Of a DNA stretch of 64,000 nucleotides, positions 8,957 to 20,442 are shown piece by piece (position 1 is the first letter of the stretch; each line of letters starts with the position of its first letter). The position numbers were made by a program, and so were the translations under genes. The notes beneath the pieces are model-generated. The model worked only from the letters and a program-made list of their open reading frames with translations, was not told where the DNA came from and did not search any database. The DNA is taken from the NCBI GenBank assembly GCA_963767925.1, contig CAVYGB010000002.1, positions 2,016,001 through 2,080,000 on the forward strand, given 5' to 3'. The DNA comes from an uncultured delta proteobacterium (lineage in GTDB: Bacteria; Myxococcota_A; Polyangia; Fen-1088).

Positions 8957-9828
8957 ACGTCCACCGTGAGGGTGCCCCGGCCGTGCTGCCCGGTGGCCCC
9001 CCGGATGAGGGAGATGATCTTCTGCTCGAGCTGGCTGCATTCGGCCGAGCGCAGCCAGCTATCGGGCCGGGGCTTGGGGGCCGTCACCGGCATGTCGGCG
9101 ACGATGCCGGCCGGTCGGGTGGACAGCACGAGGATGCGGTCGGCCACCCGCAGGGCCTCGGTCACGTCGTGGGTCACGAACAGGGCCAGGCAGGGGAACC
9201 GCTGCCAGAGCTGGATGACGAGGTCCTGCATCTCGAGCCGGGTCTGGGGATCGAGGGCGGAGAACGGCTCGTCGAGGCACAGGATGCTCGGCCGCAGCAC
9301 CAGCCGCGCGGCCAGCGCTACCCGCTGCTGCATGCCCCCCGAGAGCTGGCGCGGGTACATGCGGGCCGAGGCGCTCAGCCCCACCGCGGCCAGCATCTCC
9401 TCGGCCCGCTCGCGCCGCTGGGCGGGCGGCACCCGCGCGCCCCACAGCTCCGAGCGGAAGGGGAGCAACACGTTCTCCTGCACGTCGAGCCAGGCCTTCA
9501 GCACCGGGCGCTGGAACACCGTGAGGACGTCGTCCTGGGGGCCCTGCACGACCCGGCCCTTGATCTTGACCTGCCCCTCGGTCGGCATCGGCGTGCGCCG
9601 ATCGTACATCCCGGAGATGGTGCGCAGGATGGTCGACTTGCCGCAGCCCGAGGGCCCCAGGATGCAGAGGGTGGCCGGGCGGTCGACGCCGAAGGTGATG
9701 TCGACAAGCACGCGGTTGGCCTGGCCGTCGTCGCCGGTGTAGTCCTGGCTGACGTGCTCGACCGCGAGCAGCCGTTCGCCGCTGTCGGCGGCGGGAGGGG
9801 TGCGGGGGGCGGGGGGGGTGGCCGACAT
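8953..9828 (-). CDS. ABC transporter ATP-binding protein (NitT/TauT type)
   Basis: Walker [31 protein letters not shown]. Confidence 0.95.
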   Translation of the reverse strand: MSATPPAPRTPPAADSGERLLAVEHVSQDYTGDDGQANRVLVDITFGVDRPATLCILGPSGCGKSTILRTISGMYDRRTPMPTEGQVKIKGRVVQGPQDDVLTVFQRPVLKAWLDVQENVLLPFRSELWGARVPPAQRRERAEEMLAAVGLSASARMYPRQLSGGMQQRVALAARLVLRPSILCLDEPFSALDPQTRLEMQDLVIQLWQRFPCLALFVTHDVTEALRVADRILVLSTRPAGIVADMPVTAPKPRPDSWLRSAECSQLEQKIISLIRGATGQHGRGTLTVDV

Positions 9829-9834
9829 GGTCGA

Positions 9835-10614
<780 letters not shown>

Positions 10615-10634
10615 GCCCCCCTCCTCTGCGCCCG

Positions 10635-12206
<1,572 letters not shown>

Positions 12207-12267
12207 GGTGACCTCACGCTGCATGATACCATTGATGGCAGGCCCGGTCGCCGCGCGCGGACCGCCC

Positions 12268-13095
12268 ATGGACGAGGTTAAAGAGGAAAAGAAGCGCAAG
12301 CCGTTCAGCCTGCTCGAGCGGGCCTTCTTCAACCAGTACAACTACATCCTGCTCGGCAGCGCCGCCCTCTACGCCCTGGCCACCCAGTCGTTCTTGCCGG
12401 TCATCGTGGGCCTGGGGGCCGAGACCCTCTGGCTGGTGCTGGGGGCCGACAGCGGCCCCTTCCGCCGCTGGGCCGATCGCCAGGAGGAGAAGGAAGCGCT
12501 CGAGCGCCTGGAGAAGGACATGGCCATCTTGCTGGCCGGTCTGCACGAGCACCACGCCGAACGGTTCCTCGTGCTGCGCCAGATGGTGGCCGAGATCGGC
12601 CGCCTGGCGGTCGAGAACAAGGGCATCGAGACCATGCTCCTGCGCGACGAGATGGCCAAGCTGGGCCAGCTCCTGCTGTCGTTCCTGCGCATGGCCACCA
12701 TGAGCCAGCGGCTGCAGGCCTACCTCGACGAGAGCCTGGGCAGCGACATCGAGCGCGACATCGCCCGGGCCCAGCGGGCCCTGCGCAGCGAGGGGGATCC
12801 CCGGGTGCAGGCCAGCTACAAGCAAGCTCTGGCCCTGGCCCAGCGCCGGCTCAAGCAGCACGACCAGATCGAAAACGCCCGCAAGGCCATCGTCGTGCAG
12901 ATGGACACCCTGGAGAAGGCCCTCGGCTTCCTCAAGTCGCACATCATGGGCATCGGCTCGCGCGACGAGCTGGCCAAGGAGCTCGACGGCCTGGTGCTCG
13001 GCGTCTCCTCGGTGGCCGAGCTGGAGGCCGCGGCCGACGAGGTCCTCACCGACGTGCGCATCACCGGCCAGGCCGCCCAGGCCGTCCGGCGCTGA
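12268..13095 (+). CDS. Membrane-anchored coiled-coil protein (XpaC-like or divergent ESCRT-III-like)
   Basis: Two N-terminal TM segments then ~200 aa of helical/heptad sequence; divergent from the ABC-OmpA operon with a 61-bp gap. Confidence 0.75.
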   Translation: MDEVKEEKKRKPFSLLERAFFNQYNYILLGSAALYALATQSFLPVIVGLGAETLWLVLGADSGPFRRWADRQEEKEALERLEKDMAILLAGLHEHHAERFLVLRQMVAEIGRLAVENKGIETMLLRDEMAKLGQLLLSFLRMATMSQRLQAYLDESLGSDIERDIARAQRALRSEGDPRVQASYKQALALAQRRLKQHDQIENARKAIVVQMDTLEKALGFLKSHIMGIGSRDELAKELDGLVLGVSSVAELEAAADEVLTDVRITGQAAQAVRR

Positions 13096-13111
13096 GCGCG
13101 CCCCGCCCGGG

Positions 13112-13474
13112 TCAGGGGGCGGCCAGCAGGTCGGCCAGGGCGGTCTCCAGGCCGTGCAGGGTGAAGGGCTTCTCGATGAAGCGGCGGCGGGCCGGATCCG
13201 ACTGCCCGGGCCGGTACTCCTCCCGCCCGTAGCCGGACATGAAGAGGATGTACAGGCCGGAGCGGGCCGCCTCCAGGTCGTCGGCCAGGTCGAGGCCGCT
13301 GGCCGCGCCGAGCTGCAGATCGAGCACGACGAGGGCGATGGCTGGGTCGGCCGTCAGGGCCTGCCTGGCCCCCTCCGCGTCCCGGGCCTGGGCGGTGCTG
13401 TGGCCCAGGATCTCCAGGAACTGAGCCGTCAGCCGCCGTAGCTCGTCGTGATCGTCGACCACCAGCGCGCGCAC
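13112..13474 (-). CDS. Single-domain response regulator
   Basis: LVVDD, VVLDL, FMSGY, KPF. Confidence 0.9.
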   Translation of the reverse strand: MRALVVDDHDELRRLTAQFLEILGHSTAQARDAEGARQALTADPAIALVVLDLQLGAASGLDLADDLEAARSGLYILFMSGYGREEYRPGQSDPARRRFIEKPFTLHGLETALADLLAAP

Positions 13475-13480
13475 GGGCTG

Positions 13481-14143
13481 CTAGGGCTCGACCAGGTGGT
13501 TGCGGATGGCGTAGCGGACCAGGTCGGGGATCGAGCGGACCGCCAGCTTCCGCATCAGATTCGAGCGGTGGCTCTCCGCGGTCTTGCCGCTGATCCCCAG
13601 GGTGGCGGCCACCTCCTTGGTGCTGTGGCCCTCGGCCAGGAGCTGCAGCACCTCGCGCTCGCGGGAGGTCAGGGTCTGGGTGGTGGCAGGGGCCAGCTCC
13701 TCGGGCTGGGGACCGCTGTGCAGGTACCCGCGCAGGACCAGCTCGGCCACCCGGGCCGAGAAGAAGGGGCGCCCCTGCTGCAGGCCCTCGACCGCCGACA
13801 CGAGGTCCTTGGCGGCGTCGCTCTTGAGGATGAAGCCGCGGGCCCCCGCCGCCAGCACCTCGCGCACCAGGTCCTCCGAGTCGCGCGCCGACAGGATCAG
13901 CACGGCGGTGCGGGGGGCCTCGTGCAGGATCCGGCGCGTCGCCTCGAGGCCGTTGAGCTCGGGCATGGCCAGATCCATGATGACGATGTCCGGGTGCAGC
14001 TCCAGCGTGCGCTCCACCGCTTCGCGCCCGTTCGACACGTCGGCGACGACGGTCCAGTCCGTCCCCTGCTCGAGCAGCGAACGCAGGCCGGCCCGCACGA
14101 TCTCGTGATCATCTGCGACGAGGATCCTCACGCTCGAAACCAC
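13481..14143 (-). CDS. NarL/LuxR-family response regulator
   Basis: ADDHEIVR, IMDLAMPELNG, LTSREREVLQLLAEG HTH. Confidence 0.95.
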   Translation of the reverse strand: MVSSVRILVADDHEIVRAGLRSLLEQGTDWTVVADVSNGREAVERTLELHPDIVIMDLAMPELNGLEATRRILHEAPRTAVLILSARDSEDLVREVLAAGARGFILKSDAAKDLVSAVEGLQQGRPFFSARVAELVLRGYLHSGPQPEELAPATTQTLTSREREVLQLLAEGHSTKEVAATLGISGKTAESHRSNLMRKLAVRSIPDLVRYAIRNHLVEP

Positions 14144-14180
14144 GGCACCCCCTCGAGAGCCAGCCGCTGATTGTAAGGGA

Positions 14181-14789
14181 TCATGGGCGCCCGGGAAACC
14201 TGGCCTCGATCGAGGTGCCGCCCGGGCTGCGCAAGATTCGCAGGTTCCCGCCGGCTGCCCGGGCCCGCTGGCGCAGGCCCAGGGTGGCCAGGTCCAGGGC
14301 GGCGCCCCGGCGCATGCGCCCCTGCAGGGTCACCTGCACCCCCGCCCCGGCGATCGAGGTGACCCGCACGCTCACCGAGGCCTCGGTGGCGAAGGCCCCG
14401 GCGAGCGCCTCCTGTACAAGCCGGAACACAACCGCCTGCACCTCGGGGTCGATCGGCGCGGTTGTCTCGACGGCCACCCGCAAGCGGATGGCCCCCTCGC
14501 GCGCCGCCAGCCAGCCCAGGGCCGAGCCGAGACCGTTGCCGCCCGACCCAAGCGGGTACAGGCTGTGCGACAGGTCGCCGACCTCGCGGCAGGAGGCCGC
14601 CGCCAGCTCCTGGGCCTTGGTCAGGGCGGTCCGGGCCGCCGCCGTCAGCCCGGTGGCGCTGCGCTCGACGAGGGTGAGGTTCATCGAGACCGCGGCCATG
14701 GTCTGGGCCGTCGAGTCGTGCAGCAGCCGGGCCAGCCGCCGCCGCTCCTCGTCGCCCGCCCGCTGCAGCTCCGCGCACAGCCGCGCCAT
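14181..14789 (-). CDS. Sensorless HisKA_3 protein with degenerate HATPase (pseudokinase/phosphotransferase)
   Basis: EERRRLARLLHDSTAQ H-box; N-box reads QEALAGA and there is no DxGxG; start may be TTG 14837. Confidence 0.75.
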   Translation of the reverse strand: MARLCAELQRAGDEERRRLARLLHDSTAQTMAAVSMNLTLVERSATGLTAAARTALTKAQELAAASCREVGDLSHSLYPLGSGGNGLGSALGWLAAREGAIRLRVAVETTAPIDPEVQAVVFRLVQEALAGAFATEASVSVRVTSIAGAGVQVTLQGRMRRGAALDLATLGLRQRARAAGGNLRILRSPGGTSIEARFPGRP

Positions 14790-14865
14790 GAGGGCCGCCG
14801 CCCCCTTGCCCGCTCGAGCGTCCTTCCGCGCCGCCAACCTTGCGATACCGACCCCCGCCCCGCGA

Positions 14866-15465
14866 TCAGCGCTTCCGGGGCCCCGAGCCGGGGCCCTCGC
14901 TGACGTAGCCGAAGAACATGCGCGCCCCCTGCAGGCGCGACTCCTCCACCACACACTGTGCGCGCACCGACTCCAGATCCTTCTGCAGACCCTCGATAGC
15001 GGCCCGCTGCTCGTCGATCTGGCGCTGCAGCTCGTTGATCGTCGCCTGCCGTTCACCCACCGCCTTCTCGCTGTCGGCCCGCTTGGCGTCGGCCACCGCC
15101 CGCACCACGTCGATCTTGCGGCCGGAGTCGGTGATGACGTCGGCCGGCGACTTGCCGATGGCGCCCAGGAAGGCCCTGGCGGCGGCCAGCTTGGACGTGT
15201 CGGGCAGGTTCGAGTCCAGGCCCCCCAGGAACCGCTCGAGCGCCTCGACCTCGTCGGTGTTGGGGATGCCGGCCTGATCGTAGAGGGTCTGGAAGTCGAT
15301 CGACCCGGTCAGCCCGGCCGGCGCGGTCCCCTCGGGCAGGGCCACCACCGGCTCGGGCGCCTCGGGCAGCGCATATTTTTCCAGGTCCGCGAGCACCTGA
15401 TCGGCGGTCCGGCCTGGCGTGTCCGCCACGATGAACACCGACTTGAGCTTCTGGCCCCAGGACAT
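14866..15465 (-). CDS. Hypothetical protein with N-terminal amphipathic helix and C-terminal coiled coil
   Basis: MSWGQKLKSVFIV start; ~60-aa heptad C-terminus (INELQRQIDEQRAAIEGLQKDLE). Confidence 0.8.
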   Translation of the reverse strand: MSWGQKLKSVFIVADTPGRTADQVLADLEKYALPEAPEPVVALPEGTAPAGLTGSIDFQTLYDQAGIPNTDEVEALERFLGGLDSNLPDTSKLAAARAFLGAIGKSPADVITDSGRKIDVVRAVADAKRADSEKAVGERQATINELQRQIDEQRAAIEGLQKDLESVRAQCVVEESRLQGARMFFGYVSEGPGSGPRKR

Positions 15466-15517
15466 GCAGCAATCCTCCGCCGGTCCATTATACGCGGGCC
15501 GGCGGAGGGTCGGTCGA

Positions 15518-16636
15518 TCAAGCCACGTCGATGTCGAGGCCCAGCGCCACCCGGCCGACCAGCCGGTTGGCCTGCGGCTCCTGCAGCGGGTGGTAGCGCA
15601 CCCCCTGGGCGTCGCGGAACAGCCGCTCGAGCCCGGCCGAGCGAAAGAAGCTCCCGCCGCCCGCCACCGCCAGGGCCCGGTCCACCGTGGCGAGGACCGC
15701 CCGGGCGAAGACCGTGCGCCGGGACATCACGGCGGCGGTGGCGGCCGGTCCGGGCTTGTCGCTCTTGACCAGGTCGACCAGGCCGGCGTGGGCGAGCTGG
15801 GCGACGAGCAGCTCGTTTTCGAGCTCACCGACCGCCGGGGCGGTGAGGGGATCGTTCTTCTTGCGGGCGGCGAGCTGCAGGGCCACCTCGCGGGCCGCCT
15901 CCGCCACCCCCAGGTAGGCGGCGAAGAAGACCGGGAAGGCCACCAGCGAGACGGTGTGCATGAAGGGGTGCCACTTGCCGGCTGGCCGGCGCACGCCCCC
16001 CATGGCCGCGTCGGGGAGGAAGACCCCGTCGAGCTCGACGTCGTGCGAGCCGCTGCCGCGCATGCCCAGCACCCGCCAGGTGTCGAGGATCTTCACTCCC
16101 TGGGCGTCGAGCGGGACCGGAAAGTGGATCACGGTGGGCCCGTTCTGGGGGTCGTCGTACACCCCGGTGGTCATCAGCAGGTTGCCCTGGCCGACGCCGC
16201 TGGCGAAGATCTTGCGGCCGGTCAGGCGGAAGCCCCCCTCCACCTTCTCCAGCTTGCCCGAGCCGGTCAGCCAGTCCGCCCCGCCGGTGCTGATGAGGAC
16301 CAGCTTCTCGGCCGCCACCCGCTTGAGCAGGCCCTCGGGGGCCTTGTTGCCCGAGCGCCACAGGTAGGCCAGCGTCGCCACCAGGTGGCTGTGCATCGAG
16401 AAGGCCAGCGCGGTCGAGCTGCACGACCGGGCCATGGTCCGGACGAAGGCGCACAGCTCGGGGTGGCTGACGTCGCCGCCCCCCAGCTCGCCCGGTACGC
16501 CGGCGCCGAAGGCGCCTCGCTCCTTGAGGAGCGCGTAGTTCTCCTCGACGAAGCGGTCGTCGGCGTCGTGCTGGGCGGCGCGCTCCGCGAAACGCGGCCC
16601 CAGCTCCTGCATCACGGCTCGCCAGTCGAATCCCAT
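15518..16636 (-). CDS. Acyl-CoA dehydrogenase-fold flavoprotein (flavin-dependent monooxygenase-like)
   Basis: VPGELGG, LTGRKIFASG, GMRGSGSHDV, LERLFRDA. Confidence 0.9.
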   Translation of the reverse strand: MGFDWRAVMQELGPRFAERAAQHDADDRFVEENYALLKERGAFGAGVPGELGGGDVSHPELCAFVRTMARSCSSTALAFSMHSHLVATLAYLWRSGNKAPEGLLKRVAAEKLVLISTGGADWLTGSGKLEKVEGGFRLTGRKIFASGVGQGNLLMTTGVYDDPQNGPTVIHFPVPLDAQGVKILDTWRVLGMRGSGSHDVELDGVFLPDAAMGGVRRPAGKWHPFMHTVSLVAFPVFFAAYLGVAEAAREVALQLAARKKNDPLTAPAVGELENELLVAQLAHAGLVDLVKSDKPGPAATAAVMSRRTVFARAVLATVDRALAVAGGGSFFRSAGLERLFRDAQGVRYHPLQEPQANRLVGRVALGLDIDVA

Positions 16637-16870
16637 GGGCTCCTCCTCTTGCTAGTGGACTGCGCAGCGGCAGCATGCTCCCACGTGTGGAGCGGCATGC
16701 TGCCACTTTTGCGCCCGGCCGGGGCGTCAGGAAACGCCGGGGTGTGGGTGATTTCCTCTCCGCGGCCCGGGGTGTCCCCGCTGTAAGGCGCTGTGTTCTG
16801 GCCCTGGCGCCCGACTTCCAGTTGTGCACCGGCCTGGGATCTTGCGTACGATAAAGGCCGGACGGGGTGC

Positions 16871-17275
16871 ATGACGACGAAGTTGCGGGAGCAGGGAGCG
16901 CGGGTTCTGGTGGTGGACGATAGCGAGGAGATGAGGGCGGCCCTTCGCCGCATGCTCGCCCCCATCGCCTCCGAGGTGTTCGAGGCCCGCAACGGGGTCG
17001 AGCTGATGGCGGCGGTGGCGGGCGAGACGCCCTTCGACCTCATCGTCACCGACGTGCGCATGCCCTGGATGAACGGGCTGGGGGCGGCGACGACAATCCG
17101 GAGGGCCGGGATCGACACGCCCCTCATCATCATCACCGGCTACTCCGACGCGGAGACCGGCCGGCGGATCGAGACGCTGCCGCGGGCGTCCCTGCTGCGC
17201 AAACCGTTCACGGGCGAGGAGCTGATCGCCGCCGCCCGGGACATGCTGGCCGCCGCTGTGCCGGCGGCGTCTTAG
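16871..17275 (+). CDS. Single-domain response regulator
   Basis: LVVDD, VTDVRMP, ITGY, KPF. Confidence 0.9.
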   Translation: MTTKLREQGARVLVVDDSEEMRAALRRMLAPIASEVFEARNGVELMAAVAGETPFDLIVTDVRMPWMNGLGAATTIRRAGIDTPLIIITGYSDAETGRRIETLPRASLLRKPFTGEELIAAARDMLAAAVPAAS

Positions 17276-17279
17276 CGGT

Positions 17280-17654
17280 TCACTCGAGTTGCAGTCCGCA
17301 GTCGGAGCAGGCGCCCGAGACGAGCGGGGCGGCGGTGCCGCAGGCCGGGCAGGGGGCGTGTTCCCCCTCCGGCTCCGCCGCTGCCCGCCGCTCGCCCTCG
17401 AAGGTCCCCTCGCGCTCGAGGAGCTGCCACCAGCGCTCGGAGAGCAGCTTGGCCACCCGGGGGACGTCCTCCCTGGCCACCAGGACCTGGATCTTGGGGG
17501 CACAGGCGCAACCGTTCTTGCCGCAGCAGTCGGCCCGGGCCAGCAGCGCTTCGACCTCGATCTCCTCGCAGGCCGCCGCGATCTCCTTGGCGTCGGGCAG
17601 CGCCGCCGTGATGCAGGAGACCATCTGCGGTTCCTGGTCAGCGTCGTTTTCCAC
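17280..17654 (-). CDS. Small Cys-rich protein with C-terminal zinc ribbon
   Basis: CCGKNGCAC cluster and CPACG...CSDCG. Confidence 0.75.
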   Translation of the reverse strand: MENDADQEPQMVSCITAALPDAKEIAAACEEIEVEALLARADCCGKNGCACAPKIQVLVAREDVPRVAKLLSERWWQLLEREGTFEGERRAAAEPEGEHAPCPACGTAAPLVSGACSDCGLQLE

Positions 17655-17727
17655 GGCCGGCAGTCTACCAGCCAGGCCACTGGATCTTGGTGACGACCGT
17701 CGTATGGTCCCTTGCAAGGAGCCTGAC

Positions 17728-18123
17728 ATGAGCGGCCTGCAACAAACGGTGATGGTGGTCGACGACGACGAGGACATCCGCGAGAGCCTCACGCTGGTGC
17801 TCGGTCAGCGCGGGTACCAGGTCATCACCGCCTCGGACGGTGCGGAGGCGCTCACCCTCCTGCGCAACGCCACCCGAGAGCCCTGCCTCATCTTGCTCGA
17901 CCTGATGATGCCCGGCATGAACGGGTTCCAGCTTCACCAGGCCCTGACCGCCGACCCGGTCCTGTGCACCGTCCCGGTGGTGGCCATCACCGGCGCCGGC
18001 CCCAGCGTGCAGCGCCGCTCCCTCGACCTCAACCTCGAGTACCTGCCAAAGCCCTTCGACTTCGCCGCCCTCCTGGACGTGGTGCGCCGCTTTTGCGCCG
18101 GCGCCGTGATCACCCCGAGCTGA
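17728..18123 (+). CDS. Single-domain response regulator
   Basis: MVVDDD, LLDLMMP, KPF; AAGGAG RBS. Confidence 0.9.
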   Translation: MSGLQQTVMVVDDDEDIRESLTLVLGQRGYQVITASDGAEALTLLRNATREPCLILLDLMMPGMNGFQLHQALTADPVLCTVPVVAITGAGPSVQRRSLDLNLEYLPKPFDFAALLDVVRRFCAGAVITPS

Positions 18124-18219
18124 CCTGCTCGTTTGCGGGGTAGAGGGCGAGGGAAGGGGCAGGGGCGGTCGCCACCCCGGGCACCCGAACAGGCCGGGGC
18201 GCTAGACTCGTCGTCGAGC

Positions 18220-19089
18220 ATGGCGCTGGCGGAGCAAACCACCCGGGTGGTCCGGGGCCGATCCGAGGGGGGCTCCTGGGAGCTGATCTTCGGGCGCTGC
18301 CACCCCGCCCTGGCCCCCTACGTCCGCCAATATTGCGGCTACCGCGAGCGCACGCCCGCCCCGGTGCGCCGGCTGGAGATGCCGGCCGCCCAGGTGGTGA
18401 TGATCCTCGACTTCGGCCCCACCCTGCGGATGCTCGACCCCGTCGACGGGCGGCTGATCGTCCAGCACCCGGGTGGGTTCCTGGCCGGCCTGGACGACGG
18501 CTTCACCCTCACCGAATCGACCGGCGAGATGGACGGGATCCAGGTCAACTTCACCCCCATCGGCGCGCGCCTGCTGGTGGGGCGCCCCATGCACGAGGTG
18601 GCCCGCCAGGTGATCAGCCTGCCCGACGCCTTCGGGGCCGACGGCCGCCACCTGAGCGAGGCGATCGGCGAGACCCGGGGCTGGGCGGCCCGCTTCCGCC
18701 GGCTCGATGACCTGCTGCTGGCGCGGCTGCTCGGTGCCCAGGCCCTGCCGGGCTGGGTGGCGACGGCCTGGGATCGCATCGAGCGCAGCGGCGGCGCCAT
18801 GGACGTCGCCCGCCTGGTCAAGGAGATGGGCTACAGCCGCAAGCACCTGGCGGCGGTGTTCCGCGAGCACGTGGGCATGCCGCCCAAGGCGGTGGCCCGC
18901 CTGGTGCGGTTCCAGCGGGCGCTCGAGGCCCTGCGGGGCGGGGCGCGCGGCGACCTGGCCCGGCTCGCGCTGGAGCTGGGCTATTTCGACCAGGCCCATT
19001 TCACCCGGGAGTTCCGGGGCTTCTCCGGGATGACGCCGGCGGAGTGCCGCCGGCGGTGGCGCCCCGGATCGCTCGGGATCGCCGGGTAG
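18220..19089 (+). CDS. AraC-family transcriptional regulator
   Basis: C-terminal double HTH, GYFDQAHFTREFRGFSGMTP. Confidence 0.92.
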   Translation: MALAEQTTRVVRGRSEGGSWELIFGRCHPALAPYVRQYCGYRERTPAPVRRLEMPAAQVVMILDFGPTLRMLDPVDGRLIVQHPGGFLAGLDDGFTLTESTGEMDGIQVNFTPIGARLLVGRPMHEVARQVISLPDAFGADGRHLSEAIGETRGWAARFRRLDDLLLARLLGAQALPGWVATAWDRIERSGGAMDVARLVKEMGYSRKHLAAVFREHVGMPPKAVARLVRFQRALEALRGGARGDLARLALELGYFDQAHFTREFRGFSGMTPAECRRRWRPGSLGIAG

Positions 19090-19173
19090 GGCCCGGGCCC
19101 CGGGGTAACAAACGTACAAGCGGTGGGCGGCGGGCCCACCTACCCTGGGTGGGCAACCAAGAGGAGGACCACC

Positions 19174-19626
19174 ATGAGCGACAAGGTTTCGACAGGCGCC
19201 GGCGGCTACATCATGCCCTACCTGAGCTGCAAGGGCGCCGCGCAGGCGATCGAGTTTTACCTGCGGGCCTTCGGGGCCCGCGAGGAGTACCGCCTGACCA
19301 TGGACGACGGGCGGATCGGCCACGCCGAGCTGCTGATCGGGGCGGCCCGCTTCGGCGTGGCCGAGGAGTTCCCCGAGCTGGGGTTCAAGAGCCCCCTCAG
19401 CTACGGCGGCTCCACGGTGACCCTGCACCTCTATGTCGAGGACGTGGACGCCTTCTTCGCCCGGGCCCGGGAGGCCCAGGCCAAGGTGCTCGAGGCGCCC
19501 AGGGACGAGTTCTACGGCGACCGGGTGTGCCGGCTGGGCGACCCTTCCGGCCACGTGTGGATGATCGCCACCAAGAAGGAGGAGGTCTCGCCCGAGGAGA
19601 TGCGCCGTCGCATGCGGGGGGCGTGA
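19174..19626 (+). CDS. VOC family protein (PhnB-like)
   Basis: PYLS..GAAQAIEFYLRAFGA, FYGDR, DPSGHVW. Confidence 0.92.
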   Translation: MSDKVSTGAGGYIMPYLSCKGAAQAIEFYLRAFGAREEYRLTMDDGRIGHAELLIGAARFGVAEEFPELGFKSPLSYGGSTVTLHLYVEDVDAFFARAREAQAKVLEAPRDEFYGDRVCRLGDPSGHVWMIATKKEEVSPEEMRRRMRGA

Positions 19627-19718
19627 GGGGTTGCGCCACCGCACACGCGCCGACACCGGCGCCGTCGGGGCGGCCGATTGCTTTTGAGGCAGGTGGGCAA
19701 AGCGCCTAAAATGTCGCC

Positions 19719-20429
19719 ATGTCCGAAGGCGGCGGTTTCTTCAAGCGTCTGAACAACCTGTTCCGCGGCTTTCTCAGCCTCTGGATCTCCGACGTCGAGA
19801 AGGAGCACCCGGAGATCGCCTACGAAAACGCCATCAACGCCATGCTGGAGAAGTTCGCCCGGCTCAAGCGGGCGACCGCCGCCATCATCCGCCGGCGCGA
19901 CGAGATCCAGGAGCGGTTCGGCAGCCAGTCGAGCGAGCTGGCCCAGGTGAGCGCCGACCTCGACGTGGCGGTGCAGACCGCCCGGGACGACCTGGCCCTC
20001 ATCCTGATCCAGAAGAAGAACATCCTCGAAAAGGAAGTGGCCGAGCTGAAGGTGGAGCTCGAGACCGCGGCCCGCGACGCCGACGAGGCCAAGGCGGCCC
20101 TCATCCAGGTGCAGGCCGAGATCAAGAAGCTCAAGGCCGAGAAGGACAACATGCTGGCCAAGATGGAGAGCGCCAAGGCCCGCGTGCGCATCCAGGAGCA
20201 GCTCGACGGGCTCTCGGTGGACGCGGAGGTCAAGGCCCTGGAGAACGTGCGCGGCCACATCAAGAACACCATCGCCCAGGCCAACCTCGGCAAGGAGCTG
20301 GCCGACACCTCGCTCGACGCGAAGCTGCGCCAGCTCCGCTCGCAAACCGGCGAGGTGACCGCGCGCAACCAGCTCGACGACCTCAAGGCCAAGCTCGCCG
20401 CCAAGAAGGCCGCGCAGAAGACGATGTGA
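19719..20429 (+). CDS. pspA: PspA/IM30 (ESCRT-III superfamily) protein
   Basis: 236 aa all-helical; amphipathic [11 protein letters not shown] start, conserved E..P, A...R.DLA motif, LDAKLRQL...LDDLKAKL C-terminus. Confidence 0.9.
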   Translation: MSEGGGFFKRLNNLFRGFLSLWISDVEKEHPEIAYENAINAMLEKFARLKRATAAIIRRRDEIQERFGSQSSELAQVSADLDVAVQTARDDLALILIQKKNILEKEVAELKVELETAARDADEAKAALIQVQAEIKKLKAEKDNMLAKMESAKARVRIQEQLDGLSVDAEVKALENVRGHIKNTIAQANLGKELADTSLDAKLRQLRSQTGEVTARNQLDDLKAKLAAKKAAQKTM

Positions 20430-20442
20430 CGGTCGGGGGGAG

